Part shown: piece after piece, positions 40,061-51,778 of the stretch
How positions within the stretch are numbered: position 1 is the stretch's first letter
How the letters are laid out: each line of letters starts with the position of its first letter
Assembly (NCBI RefSeq): GCF_018977255.1
Contig: NW_024704742.1
Location: 13,084,001-13,148,000, forward strand
DNA length: 64,000 nt
Direction: 5' to 3'
Source: Callorhinchus milii
Taxonomy: Eukaryota
Translations under genes and position numbers: made by a program
The notes under the pieces: generated by a model
The model's database searches: none
Told to the model about the DNA's origin: nothing
The model's input: the letters and a program-made list of their open reading frames with translations, nothing else

Positions 40061-40154
40061 GAGATTATTGGATTTCTTCATGTGGAGACAATGGTTCTGA
40101 CTCAGAGTCAGATCCAAAGCTGGAGGAAAAACAATGATTTGACCATACAGTAGT

Positions 40155-40475
40155 GATAATAATAATCCTTGCATTTGATATAGCGCGTTATCACATCTTC
40201 GAGACATCTCAAAGCTGGTTATTTTGTCTGCGAAACACGGCAGCCAATTGCACACAGCAGCGTTCCACAAACAGTTGTGTATTGAGTGACCAAATTCTTA
40301 TTTTTTTGAAAGATTATCCCGGAAACGTGATCCACCAATCAACTAACAACCTACTTACTAGGTAAACAGAAACATCTGGAGTAAGGAAACTTGACCAACA
40401 TTTTGCCCTGCCAGGAATCAAATCCAGATCCTCTCGCTTGTGAGACGAGTGCTCTAACCACTGAGCTACAGGACT
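40155..40475 (-). mobile_element. Young SINE, long form
   Basis: Head (ctaaccactgagctacaggactc on +), internal block, tail with an internal deletion. Confidence 0.9.
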
Positions 40476-40598
40476 CCAGTTGGACGTTAGCCTCTTCAAT
40501 AATAGTAGTGTAGTTGGCTGTTGGTTGCCTCTTGGGACAAACTAGAGATGTAAAAGCAGTCCAAATAGTCAGCTGGATATTAGCCATAGAGCTCAAAA

Positions 40599-40913
40599 TA
40601 ATAATAATAATCCTTGCATTTGATATAGCGCTTTTCACGTCTTCTAGACGTCCCAAAGCGCTTCACAGAATATACTGTAAAGTGAATTGACTGTATATTT
40701 GTGGACGAATGCGGCAGCCAATTGCACACAGCAATGTCCCACAAACAGTCGTGGATTGAAAATGACCAATTTATTATTGTTTTTGTTTTTGGAGGGATTA
40801 TTATTAGGTGTGTGGAGTAAGGAAACTTGGCCAAGGTTTCGCCCTCTGCCTGGAATTGAACTCAGGTCTCTCACTTGCAAAGCGAGTGCTCTAACCACTG
40901 AGCTACAGGACTC
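40599..40913 (-). mobile_element. Young SINE, short form, full length
   Basis: Highly similar to 43663-43977 and 16691-17000. Confidence 0.95.
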
Positions 40914-41697
40914 CAAAGTGTCTCAGTAAAGCATTCTCATTATCAACATTGTAGCATTGTTTTTGTTTAGATGGTTCCAGAAACGTCTGCTTCCTGTCTT
41001 CTGGTCTCTGGGGCGCTGCTCCTTTCCACTGTGCATCCCAGCATCTTTAATTCTCATTTGTTATCTGATGGAACAACGTCAGAGCAGCTGCCGAAAGCTG
41101 CTTGATATCATGTACACTATATTACATACCGAATAAAAGCTGGGGTTTCCTCTATGCATTACCACATGTTCCTGGTTTGGATTTGTACAGGAAACAGACA
41201 CACTGGATAGTGAAATGGACTGCAATATCACTCAGCTGCTAACCTACCTGAGACTCAGGATAAGTGGGTCAACTAATCAAATAGCAAGTCCCATCTAACC
41301 ACATAGCTCCAGTGATGTGAAGTGAAGGGTGGGAATCAGATAAGCCTGTTGATTGTGCAAACATGTTATGAGTTCTGCGCTCCACCACGGTTCAGCGTAT
41401 TACAATATTGTATCATTATTCACTTGTAATGTGGCTACAGAATCAATTCATAAAGATCAAAAGGTGCAATAATGCTGCATGAGATGCATTTTGTATACCT
41501 AAATATATTCAGTGCCTTGTAAATAGGTGCTGAAATGGCACACAAACTGCAATATTTATTAAGGGGGGTCTTTTCAACTGTTCGAGGGCTGCTGCTCTTC
41601 GCCAAATGCATTGAAATATGTCAATTCACAACATGGGTAGTGATAATTGGCTTGGTGTCGCCGGGTTAGCAAGGGGAAAATCAATTGCTGGAGATCA

Positions 41698-41715
41698 TAG
41701 TGCCCCCTGCTGGAA
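41698..41715 (-). promoter_or_regulatory. Candidate CTCF binding site
   Basis: Minus strand TTCCAGCAGGGGGCACTA closely matches the CTCF core consensus CCAS(C/T)AG(A/G)(G/T)GGC(A/G)C, in unique sequence. Confidence 0.5.
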
Positions 41716-42755
41716 GTCCATAGTTGTGTTTAGCAGGTGATATTGGTGTGAACCTTTCAAAGTTATCAATACAGTGTTGTGCTGCCGATTTGACAAACTC
41801 GTGCTGGAGGACTCACTTATTCTGAGTGTTAGCAGCTGGTTGATATCGCAGCCAATTTCACTATCCATTGTGGAGGTCTCCTCTACAAATCCCAAACCAA
41901 GAGCATTTGGTAATATTAATAATCCTTGCATTTGATATAGCGCTTTATCACATCTTCAAGACATCTCAAAGTGCTTCACAGAATATACTGTAAAGTGAAT
42001 TGACTGTATATTTTGTGGGCGAAACATTGCAAACAGAAAACCTCAATTTTTATTCAGTATGCAATACAGAATAACATGATCAAATCAGCCTGCCTACTTC
42101 AATGATATCAGCTAGTTACACAATGTGTACACAAACCTTATGATCTCCTGCACTTTAAGACTTGCCCAAATTCCCAAAACAGGTCAGAAAAAAATGACAG
42201 CTTGCATTTATATAGTGCTCTTCACACAGGATAACGTCTCGTAGCACTGAAAGGATGAAAGCAGTCACAAGGAGTCCAAAGCTTCCTGTTTATTGTTCAG
42301 CAAATAAAATGGATACTATTATACTATATCATTCATATGATGTTTTACAAACAATACAAGGAACATTTGCAGCATTGGAAGTAAATGCCACTGGATCAGT
42401 GTCAATCTGGGCTGACACTCCAGTCCAGTGCTGGGGAGGCATTGCATTGTTGGAGGTGAGACATTAATCCAAGGTCCATCTGCATGTTCAGCTGGACATT
42501 AGTAACAATACTTACATTTGGTATAACGCCTTTCACATCAGGAGGACATCCCAAAGCATTTCACAAAATATACTGTTGAGGTGTTTTGCAAATATGGCAG
42601 CTAATTTGCACACAACAATGGTCCAGAAACAGCTGTGAAGGTAATGACCAATTTTACTTGGGAAATTGGCAAAGAACCAGGAGAAACTCGCTTCTGGATG
42701 TCAATGGGCCAAATGGTTCCATTTCTCACTGGACAATGGTTTCACTAACTGAGAC

Positions 42756-44635
42756 CATAGAATCATAGAATTGTACAGCATAAAAAAGAGGCCATTCGGC
42801 CCATCGAGTCTGTGCCGGCTCTTTGAAAAGAGCAATGTAATGTCAATCCCACTCCCCAGCCCTTTCCCCATAACCCTGCAAACCCATGCTCCTCAAATAC
42901 CCGTCCACCGTTTTTAAAAGTAGTTATCGAATTGGCCTCCACCACCCTCTCAGGCAATGCGTTCCAGATTCGAGTAACTCGCTGCGTGAAAAAATTTCTT
43001 CTCACCTCCCCTCTGCTTCTTTTAGAAACTATTTTGAATCTGTGACCTCGAGTCACCGACACACCCACCAGTGGAAACAGGTTTTCCCTTTCTAACCTAT
43101 CAAATCCCCTCATGATTTTGAAGACCTCTATTAGGTCTCCTCGTAACCTTCTCCGCTCCAATGAGAACAATCCCAGCCTCTCCAGCCTTTCCTCATAATC
43201 AAGGTCCCTCATTCCTGGTACATCCTCGTAAATCTCCTCTGCACTCTTTCCAATGCCTTAACATCCTTCCTATAGTGTGGTGCCCAGAACTGGGCGCAGT
43301 GTTCTAACTGAGGCCTAACCAGTGTTTTATATAGGTTAATCATAACCTCCTGACTCTTGTACTCTATGCCCCTATTTATAAAGCCTGGTATCCCATATGC
43401 TCTTTTTACAGCTTTATCTACCTGTCCTGCCAACTTCAAGGATTCATTTATCTGCACCCCCAGGTCTCTCTGTTCTTTTACCCCCCTTAAGATTGTATTA
43501 CCAGCCTATATTGCCTCCCCTCATTCTTTCTACCAAAATGCATTACCTCGCATTTCTCCACATTGAAATTCATCTGCCATTGTCTGCCCATTTTACCATT
43601 CTGTCTATGTCTTCCTGCAGTTGGCTCCTATCCTTCTCACTGTTTACCACCCTACCTAAGTTGAGTCCTGTAGCTCAGTGGTTAGAGTGCTCGCTTTGCA
43701 AGCGAGAGACCTGAGTTCAATTCTAGGCAGGGCGAAACCTTGGGCAAGTTTCTTTACTCCACACGCCTAATAATAATCCATCCAAAAAAAAAAAACAATA
43801 ATAAATTGGTCATTTTTAAACTACGACTGTTTGTGGGACACTGATGTGCGCAATTGGCTGCCGCGTTCGCCCACAAATATACAGTCAATTCACTTTACAG
43901 TATATTCTGTGAAGCGCTTTGGGACGTCTAGAAGACGTGAAAAGCGCTATATCAAATGCAAGGATTATTATTATTATTACCTAACTTTGTGCCGTCCGCA
44001 AACTTGGAAATGGTACTTGCTATACCCAAGTCCAGATCATTTATGTATATTAAGAAGAGCAGTGGTCCTAATACCGATCCCTGGGGGATGCCAATGTACA
44101 CTTCGCTTCAGTCAGAAAAGCAGCCGTTCACCACAATTCCCTGCTTTCTGTCTCCCATCCAGTTCTGGATCCATGATGCCACTGTTTCTTTTATACCATG
44201 GGCTTCTATCTTTCTTACAAGTCTTTCATGTGGCACTTTGTCAAATGCCTTTTGGAAGTCCATATAAACTACATCAACTGCACTATCTTTGTCCACCCTC
44301 TCTGCTACCTCATCGAAAAATTCTATTAGATTTGTTAGACAAGATCTGCCTTGAACAAATCTGTGTTGGCTGTCCCTAATTAACCCATATTATTCTAAGT
44401 GAAGATTTATTCTGTCCCGGATTATAGTCTCCAGGAGTTTCCCCACTACTGATGTTAGGCTGACTGGCCTGTAGTTCCCAGGTTTGTCCTTCTGTCCCTT
44501 TTTGTATAGGGAGTCACATTGGCCATTCTCCAGTCCTTTGGCACCACCCCTGTGTCCAACGAAGATTGAAAAATTGTAGCCAAAGCCTCCGCTATTTGTA
44601 CCCGTGCCTCCTATTGTAATCTTGGTTGCATCCCA
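42756..44635 (-). mobile_element. CR1 LINE, 5'-truncated, split by a SINE at 43663-43977
   Basis: [72 protein letters not shown]; (ATTCTATG)n tail. Confidence 0.95.
43663..43977 (+). mobile_element. Young SINE, short form, full length, with target-site duplication
   Basis: Flanked by tacctaagtt (43653-43662) and tacctaactt (43978-43987). Confidence 0.95.
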
Positions 44636-45214
44636 GTAACCTTGGTTGCATCAAAGTCTTACTGTTTTCCATAGCCGTGAAGAACGGGCATTTGGGAAGG
44701 TATCAGAGGGCTGTCGTCTCCTGTGCAAGCATATGAGTACCTCAGGGTTAGAGGCAGGGGAAAAGATATTTTTGGTGATAAGATTTACTGCCATCAATGA
44801 GTTTGCTTCCCTCAACCTCTATCAAAAGTTCTCAGAACTCTCTGGGGACCTCAAAACAGGGTCAATAAGAAGCATTTTCCCTGGGAACTCAGCAATATGG
44901 ACTGTCACCACAGGCTGGAAGCTACGCAGATCCCTTTTGTTTATTTCATTTATTAATATCCTACTTGGGGATGATTTTACAAAGTTTGGAAACCGCACTC
45001 TTTGCATTAACTGGGGCTTCTGTTTTTGAAGATTTGACAATCAAAATGTCAGGTTGTGAATCCCGATTGCTGGTAATGTCTGGCTTCTGTTTTGGATTTT
45101 GATGGCTGTCAAATTAAATGTTATTTGCAAAACTGAGGTTGCGATTAACCCGAATATCGCAAAATTAACCCACTAGTGAGAACAATTTCAACTCTCTAAG
45201 TGTTCGGACTATAA

Positions 45215-45490
45215 CGACAACAACAACAAGATTCTATTTGTAGAGCGCCTTTCACGTCAGGAGGATGTCCCAAAGCGCTGGACAGTTGGGTCAGGACCCG
45301 AGCAGGGGGGAAATGGTCAGGGTGAGGGGAGGGGAGGGAGGGAGTGAGGAGGGGGGGAATGTTCAGGGTGAGGGGAGAGAAGGGAGGGAGCGAGGAGGGG
45401 GTAGAGAGTTCAGAGGGGAGCTGAAGGCACAGTCAAAGAGAAAGGTCTTGAGACCGGCCTTGAAGGAGGAAAGGGAGGAATCAAGGCGAA
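45215..45490 (-). mobile_element. Young L2 3' end
   Basis: Reverse complement of the 54480-54712 segment. Confidence 0.9.
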
Positions 45491-46837
45491 GACATCCAGC
45501 TGACCAAATAACCTCAGTTCCAATGTGCATTAAATATTAAATGATCAAACTTGTATGTTTTGTGCACTATTCCCAGGTTCTAAAGCTTTGATTCACATTT
45601 TGTGTGAAAGAAAAGTGCAGATAATGGAACAATCTCACTGCTGCAGAAAAAGAAAACACTTCTCTCTGCTCAAGGCTAAGGTTCTTTGGGGAAGAAATTC
45701 TGCCTGGTGCATACTTACTCTATTTTCTTAGCATTTTAGAGGATCCAGAATTTGGCAAGATTTTTAAATACAATCTTACATTTGAAGTTGTTTTTCTGTA
45801 ATTCCTTGTAAAAATGACAGAAAACTGGCTTCAAAGTATTACTGAATGTAATGTTTTTTGTTTGGTCAGCTGGATGTCTGATACATGTGGAAACCCATCA
45901 CTGTGCTCAAGAGTATCCAAACCAAGCTGAGATTTCCATGCATCCCACCTACACATGGAAATCCCAGAGGTAGATTGTTGGAATGGAATTCCCTTTTCAA
46001 ATAGTACCACGGGATCTGGGATCTTTAATGTTCACCTGAGAAACGTCATACTTAATTTCTGGGTGAACATTTTGTCATCAAATATTCATTCAGCAGACTT
46101 CAGGGTTATCTGATCACTAACAACAATTGATCATATTTGTTCCTGATTACATTATATATATTACCTTATTGTGAGTACCTGCTTTTAGCTGAAAAACACT
46201 CACACAAAGCAACAGCTGCTTCCCACCACACAAAGCAAAGTGGACAAAGGTTATTTGTCTGAGAGAGCAAATGGAAGGGTCGTCATGTTTTGCAGTGGTG
46301 TCAATGAGTTTAATACAACCATCTGTGGTGTGCATTTGCTTTGATTTGGGGCTGGATAAAGTATCACTTTTATGGCCCTTTGTTTCAAGTTATTAAAAGA
46401 GTGCAGGTTATATGGAGAAAAACAAGAAGTCCTCGGCTAACTTCAAGATTCATGGAAGGGGGCGGGAGAATGCAACTTATGATGACATAATTATCACAAG
46501 GACAGAAAGTGTGGTTAAAACCTATCCTTAAAACTTGTCTTAAACAAGAGTTTCGAGACAGGATTGAGACTTAACAACGCCTCAAATTTGGGAAAAATAG
46601 CTTCCTCCAGATGATTGACTAGAAAGGTGATTTTGCTAATCAGTAGCAGGCAACCATTAACCAGCAGGTACTGACTGTGTTTTATTTTGAATAATAATAC
46701 TTACATTTGGTATAGTGCCTTTCACGTTAGGATGGCTTCCGAAAGTGCTCCCCATGGTATACTGTAAAGTGTTGTGACTATATGTATTTTGTGTCTGTGT
46801 GTTAGTCTGAGTCAAAAAGTAAATAATAATAATAATA

Positions 46838-47100
46838 AATTGGTCACTGAATCCACTACTATTTGTGGGACACTGCAGTGCGCAATTGGCTGCCGCGTTT
46901 TGCCTACAAATACAGTCAATTCACTTTACATCACATTTTATGAAGCGCTTTGAGACGTCTCGAAGCTGTGATAAGGCGTTATATAATAATAATAATCCTT
47001 GCATTTGATATAGTGCTTTTTACATCTTCTAGACGTCTCAAAGCACTTCACAGAATATACTGTGAAGTGAATTGACTGCATATTTTGTGGGCGAAATGCG
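46838..47100. mobile_element. Tail-to-tail pair of young SINE 3' halves
   Basis: + copy 46838-46984 directly abuts - copy 46985-47100. Confidence 0.85.
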
Positions 47101-47469
47101 TTTCGTAGAGTATTCATAATACTGTGTATTTATAACTCATAAGGATAGTAGGTCGCTATTAGAATATGTAAAATTCAGAAATGCATTTGTAATATAACTG
47201 ATATTATATTTAAGAAATGCACATTCATAATCCACAATTAAATTAGTAATGTACAGTAATTACAAGTCACAAATGATTATCAATGTATTTGTAGTTCATA
47301 TGTATTGGTAAACAATAGTGGAACCTTGCTATAATTTGCTTTGTTCTAACAATGGTTTACATAGATTATGGTTGCTCTATGGACCCGTGGATAGCTTCCT
47401 GTGCCCCAACATCACTTCCTGCATGCTACACATGCGCAGGAAGTCAATGCACAACCTAACCTAACTTAC

Positions 47470-47880
47470 TCAGAGTCAGAAAGTTAAGGGGTCAAGCCCT
47501 ACACTGAGACATTTACTTTACAGTCGAGGCTTGTGCTCCAGTGCAGTGCTGGAGGAGCGCTATATTTACAGAGATATCCTCAACAACAACAGTAACTTGC
47601 ATGTATATAGCGTCCCTCACACATGATAACTTCCCTGAGTGTCCCAGAGCCCTCCATTGGATGAGACATGAAACAAAGATCCTATCTGGCTGTTCAGGTG
47701 GACTTTAAAGGGACCATGGCACGATTTGAAGAGAAGCGAGTTTCTCCCTGTGTTGTGGCCAACAATCTTCCAAAACGCCTGTTTGAAGGATATTGCTATG
47801 CAAATATTGGCTGCTGCATTCACTTACAAAATACACAGTCGCTACATTTTACTCTGAATCCTGTGAAGCGTTTTGAGCTG
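47470..47880 (+). mobile_element. Old Deu-SINE (interrupted by an L2 tail stub)
   Basis: cagagtcagaaag head remnant; ggatgagacatgaaac...ggaccatggcacgatttgaagag Deu block. Confidence 0.7.
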
Positions 47881-50800
47881 CATCTTAAGGTAGGCTGCTA
47901 AATATTAGTAACTTGGAAAGGAATTCAAATCTTTTCAAAGTTCTCAGTTGATTTTTCAGGGAGCATGCACTGTCATCTCACATTAAGTGCTGTGGCAGTG
48001 AAGCAACAAGTTTGTGCAATACAATAATCTTCCTGTTTGATTCAGATGGTTAAATCTGAACAACATGCATTGCACCAATCAGAGAGAAAAAAAAGCTTCC
48101 CAAAAATAACAAAATCAGAGATTGAACCTGTTTCGGGTTTAACCGGTTTAGCATTTTTATTGAGCTGGTGGCAAAGTCAGTCATAATTGTAGAGGCATTT
48201 TGATCCGACGTGGAAAGGTCAATCAGAATGATGTGCGGCCAAGAGTTGGTGAATAAGACCATAAATCTACCATCAGGTTTACAGCAAACGTGCTTCAGCA
48301 GCATTCCCCCAAGTTTGAGAATTCCATCAAAGGTCGCTCTGTTATTTATGACTAATATTCCAAATTGAGACATGTACGAGGGAGGAGGGAAGGGTGGAGG
48401 GGGTGGGGGTGGGGGGAGAAGAATTTGTTATATAGCGGGATTTCTATGCAACTCTGTAAAACTCCATCCATAAAAAGATTTCCAAAAAATAACAAAGTCA
48501 GATATTAATTTTGCTCTTGACAATGTACAGAGAAAGGAATTGGATGAATGTGGTCCAATGTTCCTACAATGTGTTTCATCTTCAAATTCTGAGCATCATA
48601 AACCAAGAAACATATGTGCTTGTGTCAGTGCCTCTCAGTCATGCCACGTTACCCAGTTTTATGCTTCAAAATGACTGAGTAGAGACATTTTGTGCACTAT
48701 TTATCCACCTCTGACATCATGAGCATAGAATATGGCCTTTTGTCCCCAACTGTGATGTCACTATATAATGATGTCACAGGAAGAGGGATACTATCCAAAA
48801 CAGCTTTACAACAATAATAACAACCCTTGCATTTGATATAGAGCCTATCACGTCAAAACATGCCTCACATGTAATTGCTAATATACAATGATTAGATAAC
48901 ACAATACAATTTACATTTATACAGTGCCTTTCACGTCGGGGGAGTGTCTCAAAGTACTTTAGGAGGGGAGGAGGACGGACTAGTTGCTCAGGTGTGTAGG
49001 GGAAGATAAAGATTACTGAAAGCGTGGTCAAAGAGGTACGTATTGAGGCAGGCTTTGAAAGTGGTGTGGGACAGGCAAGTTAGATGGAGTTCCAGAGAGG
49101 GGAGTGCTCTCTGATGGACTAATTATACATTTATAGGCAAATGTAAGAGCAAATTTGCACCCTAATAATGTCTTATGAAGAGTCATGAAGTGAACGATCA
49201 ATTTATCAGATGCTTGACCAGGACACTGAGAAAAACTTATTTTCAAATAGTATCACAGTCCATTCTGCCTGTTTAATCTGAACAGCCAGACTGAACCTCA
49301 TTTTAACATCTCATCCAAAGGGCTTCTGAGAATGCACCAGTCCCTTAGTATTCAGGGTTCCAATGTGGGGCTTGAACCCAAATCTTCTGACCTAGAGGTG
49401 AGAGTGTAAGGCGGAAGCAGAATAGTTGAAAGCTTGCCCACTGATGGTGGAGTCGATTGGGTGAAAACATGAAGCAGGCCAGTGTTCGTTAAGGGTCTGG
49501 GTTCCAGGAGGTCGCAGAGGTAAAGGCAAGGTTGTGAAGGGATTTCAAAGTGAGGATGGAGTATCCTGAATTCAATCCACTGGGGGATGAGGTGAGCTAA
49601 GCGAGAATAGGGGTGATAGGCTCACAAAGTCTGGTGTGGGAGAGGACACAGGTTGTACAGTTGCGGGTGGTCTGCAGCTTGTAGGGAGGAGCTGGGGAGT
49701 CCGGCGAGAGAGGAGTTGAAATAATCAAGCCTGAACGTGATGGAGGGGTGAGAGTCTCCGAGCATATGAAGAGTTAGCAAACGCTGCATTTTCAACCTTT
49801 ATTTTTTCATACATTTGATTTGTAGAAAGAATGCAGAAAGTTGACTGAATGCGTAGTGACACCTAATAAAGAGCTGTGCTATAATCAAAGCTAGGCCAAC
49901 AGGACCTCTGTTACAGCCTCAGCAAATGTTTTATTAATAGGAGTGTTTCCTTGCTGAGACTTCCTCGCCTCTAAAGCCTTCTAAAAGTTTTAGCAACACT
50001 TTCACAAGCCTGAGCTCAGCCAAAAGTTTGGACTGGAGATGACCAGGTTTAACAAGCAGTTTCAGAATGGACTCTGATCCCCCCTCCCCCCATACGCTTG
50101 TCTTTTCCAATTATATTTTATCAAACTTCGTTCCCAGAGAACACTATGAGTTCAGCACTTGTTTTCCTACAGCTGATGTATCAGAAACAATTCCTGCCGC
50201 AAAACAATGAAAGAGTCAAGGCCAATGGGTTTTGACTTTGGAACTGCAGGAAAATCAGAATCTTAAAGGGACACCTTGCTGGGAAATTCTAATCTCCTGG
50301 AATAGCCCAAAACAGACTGCTCCAAAAATGTTAACTTCCCTCCCATTTTGATTTAAAGAAGGAGAATTTTTTTTAACAGAATGTTGATAAACATGTTCTT
50401 CATTCCTACAGCTTTTTGGGAGAACCATGATTTTGTTAGTATTATCCAGTAACCAAAGTAACCAGCAGTGTCCCACAAACAGTCATGGATTTAGTGACTG
50501 ATTTTTTTTTAAGGAATTATTACCCCTGGAAAAGCAATCTGCCAATCGACTAAGAAACCAGGTTCCTATTTACTGCTATGCAATCACAAGCATGATTCCT
50601 GATAGCTGAGTGCCTTTAAATAGGATTAGTAAAAAAAATCAATGATGTGATAAGGCACACAGTATTAAAAAAATCAATTATTAATACATGTGTTGTAAAT
50701 GGTGGGGTGGTGTCAATGATGGCGGGAGAAGTGACCTTGAAGTGCCAAATGTTTTGTTTATATTTTTAAGCTAAAGTGGTTTCCCACTATCTGACTGTGG

Positions 50801-51314
50801 AACACCAAATTCTACATATTTATGGGTAGAATAGCAGGAAATACTTCCTGGTTTTCTAATTCCTTTAGGGACAAGATTTGGTGTTTGCCCACAAAATATA
50901 CAGACAATTCACTTTGCAGTATATTCTGTGATGCGCCTTGAGATGTCTCAACAATGTGGAAAGGCGCTATATCAAATGCAAGAATTATTATTACTATTCA
51001 ACCATTAACCTGCAGTAGTGGCACTTTGTACAGTGAATTGGCCAAGAAAGGAAAGAGGAATATAATAAATAATATTAATAACTTTTGCAATTTCAGCTGA
51101 TCAAATCTTCGAGACTCCTGAAAGATTTAATGTAGAGTGAGCGTAGTAACTATGTATTTTGTAGGCAAGTATTGCAACAGGACAAATCAGAATCGCAACT
51201 GTCAGGTCCTAAACCGTCATGAAAGATGGAGATTATAATCAAATCACATCACGGGCACCATCCCTACAAACCATTATCTTGAAGATACCATTGGCTTGTT
51301 ATGAGCTGTGAATA

Positions 51315-51550
51315 ATAATAATATTAATCTTTACATTTGATACAGCACCTTATCATGCCTTCCAGTACCATTACAATAAATTACATTTGTATAGCGTCTT
51401 TCATGTCAGGAGTGATTTTCCCTAGGCGTTGGCGTCTCAAAGCGCTTCACAGAATATATTGTAAAGTGAATTAGCTGTATGTTTTGTGGGCAAAACGTAG
51501 CAGCCAATTGTGCACAGCAGTCCTACAGTCGTGGATTAAGTGACCAAATT
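51315..51550 (-). mobile_element. Young SINE 3' half with an L2 tail stub inserted (~51372-51430)
   Basis: SINE stem-loop region interrupted by acaataaattacatttgtatagcgtctttcatgtcagg. Confidence 0.75.
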
Positions 51551-51778
51551 TTTCAATATATTTGAAAGAGGACCCAAGCAAGAGACCTGGGTTTGATTCC
51601 CGCCAGGGCGAAACCTTGGGCAAGTTTCCTTACTTCACATGCCTGATAATAATTCCTCACAAAAAAATAATAATAATTTGGTCACTCAATCCACAAATGT
51701 TTGTGAGACACTGCTGTGCTCAATTGGCTGCCGCGTTTCCCCCATAAATATACAGTCAATTCACTTTACATGTGAAGC

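Noticed and set aside
38185..42025. Regularly recurring ~100-300 bp repeats suggesting a CRISPR or tandem array
   Set aside because: They are dispersed SINE copies with variable orientation and spacing in a eukaryotic genome; no cas genes.
44646..45029. 127-aa ORF in unique sequence
   Set aside because: Non-ATG start, no recognisable domain, no supporting exon structure.
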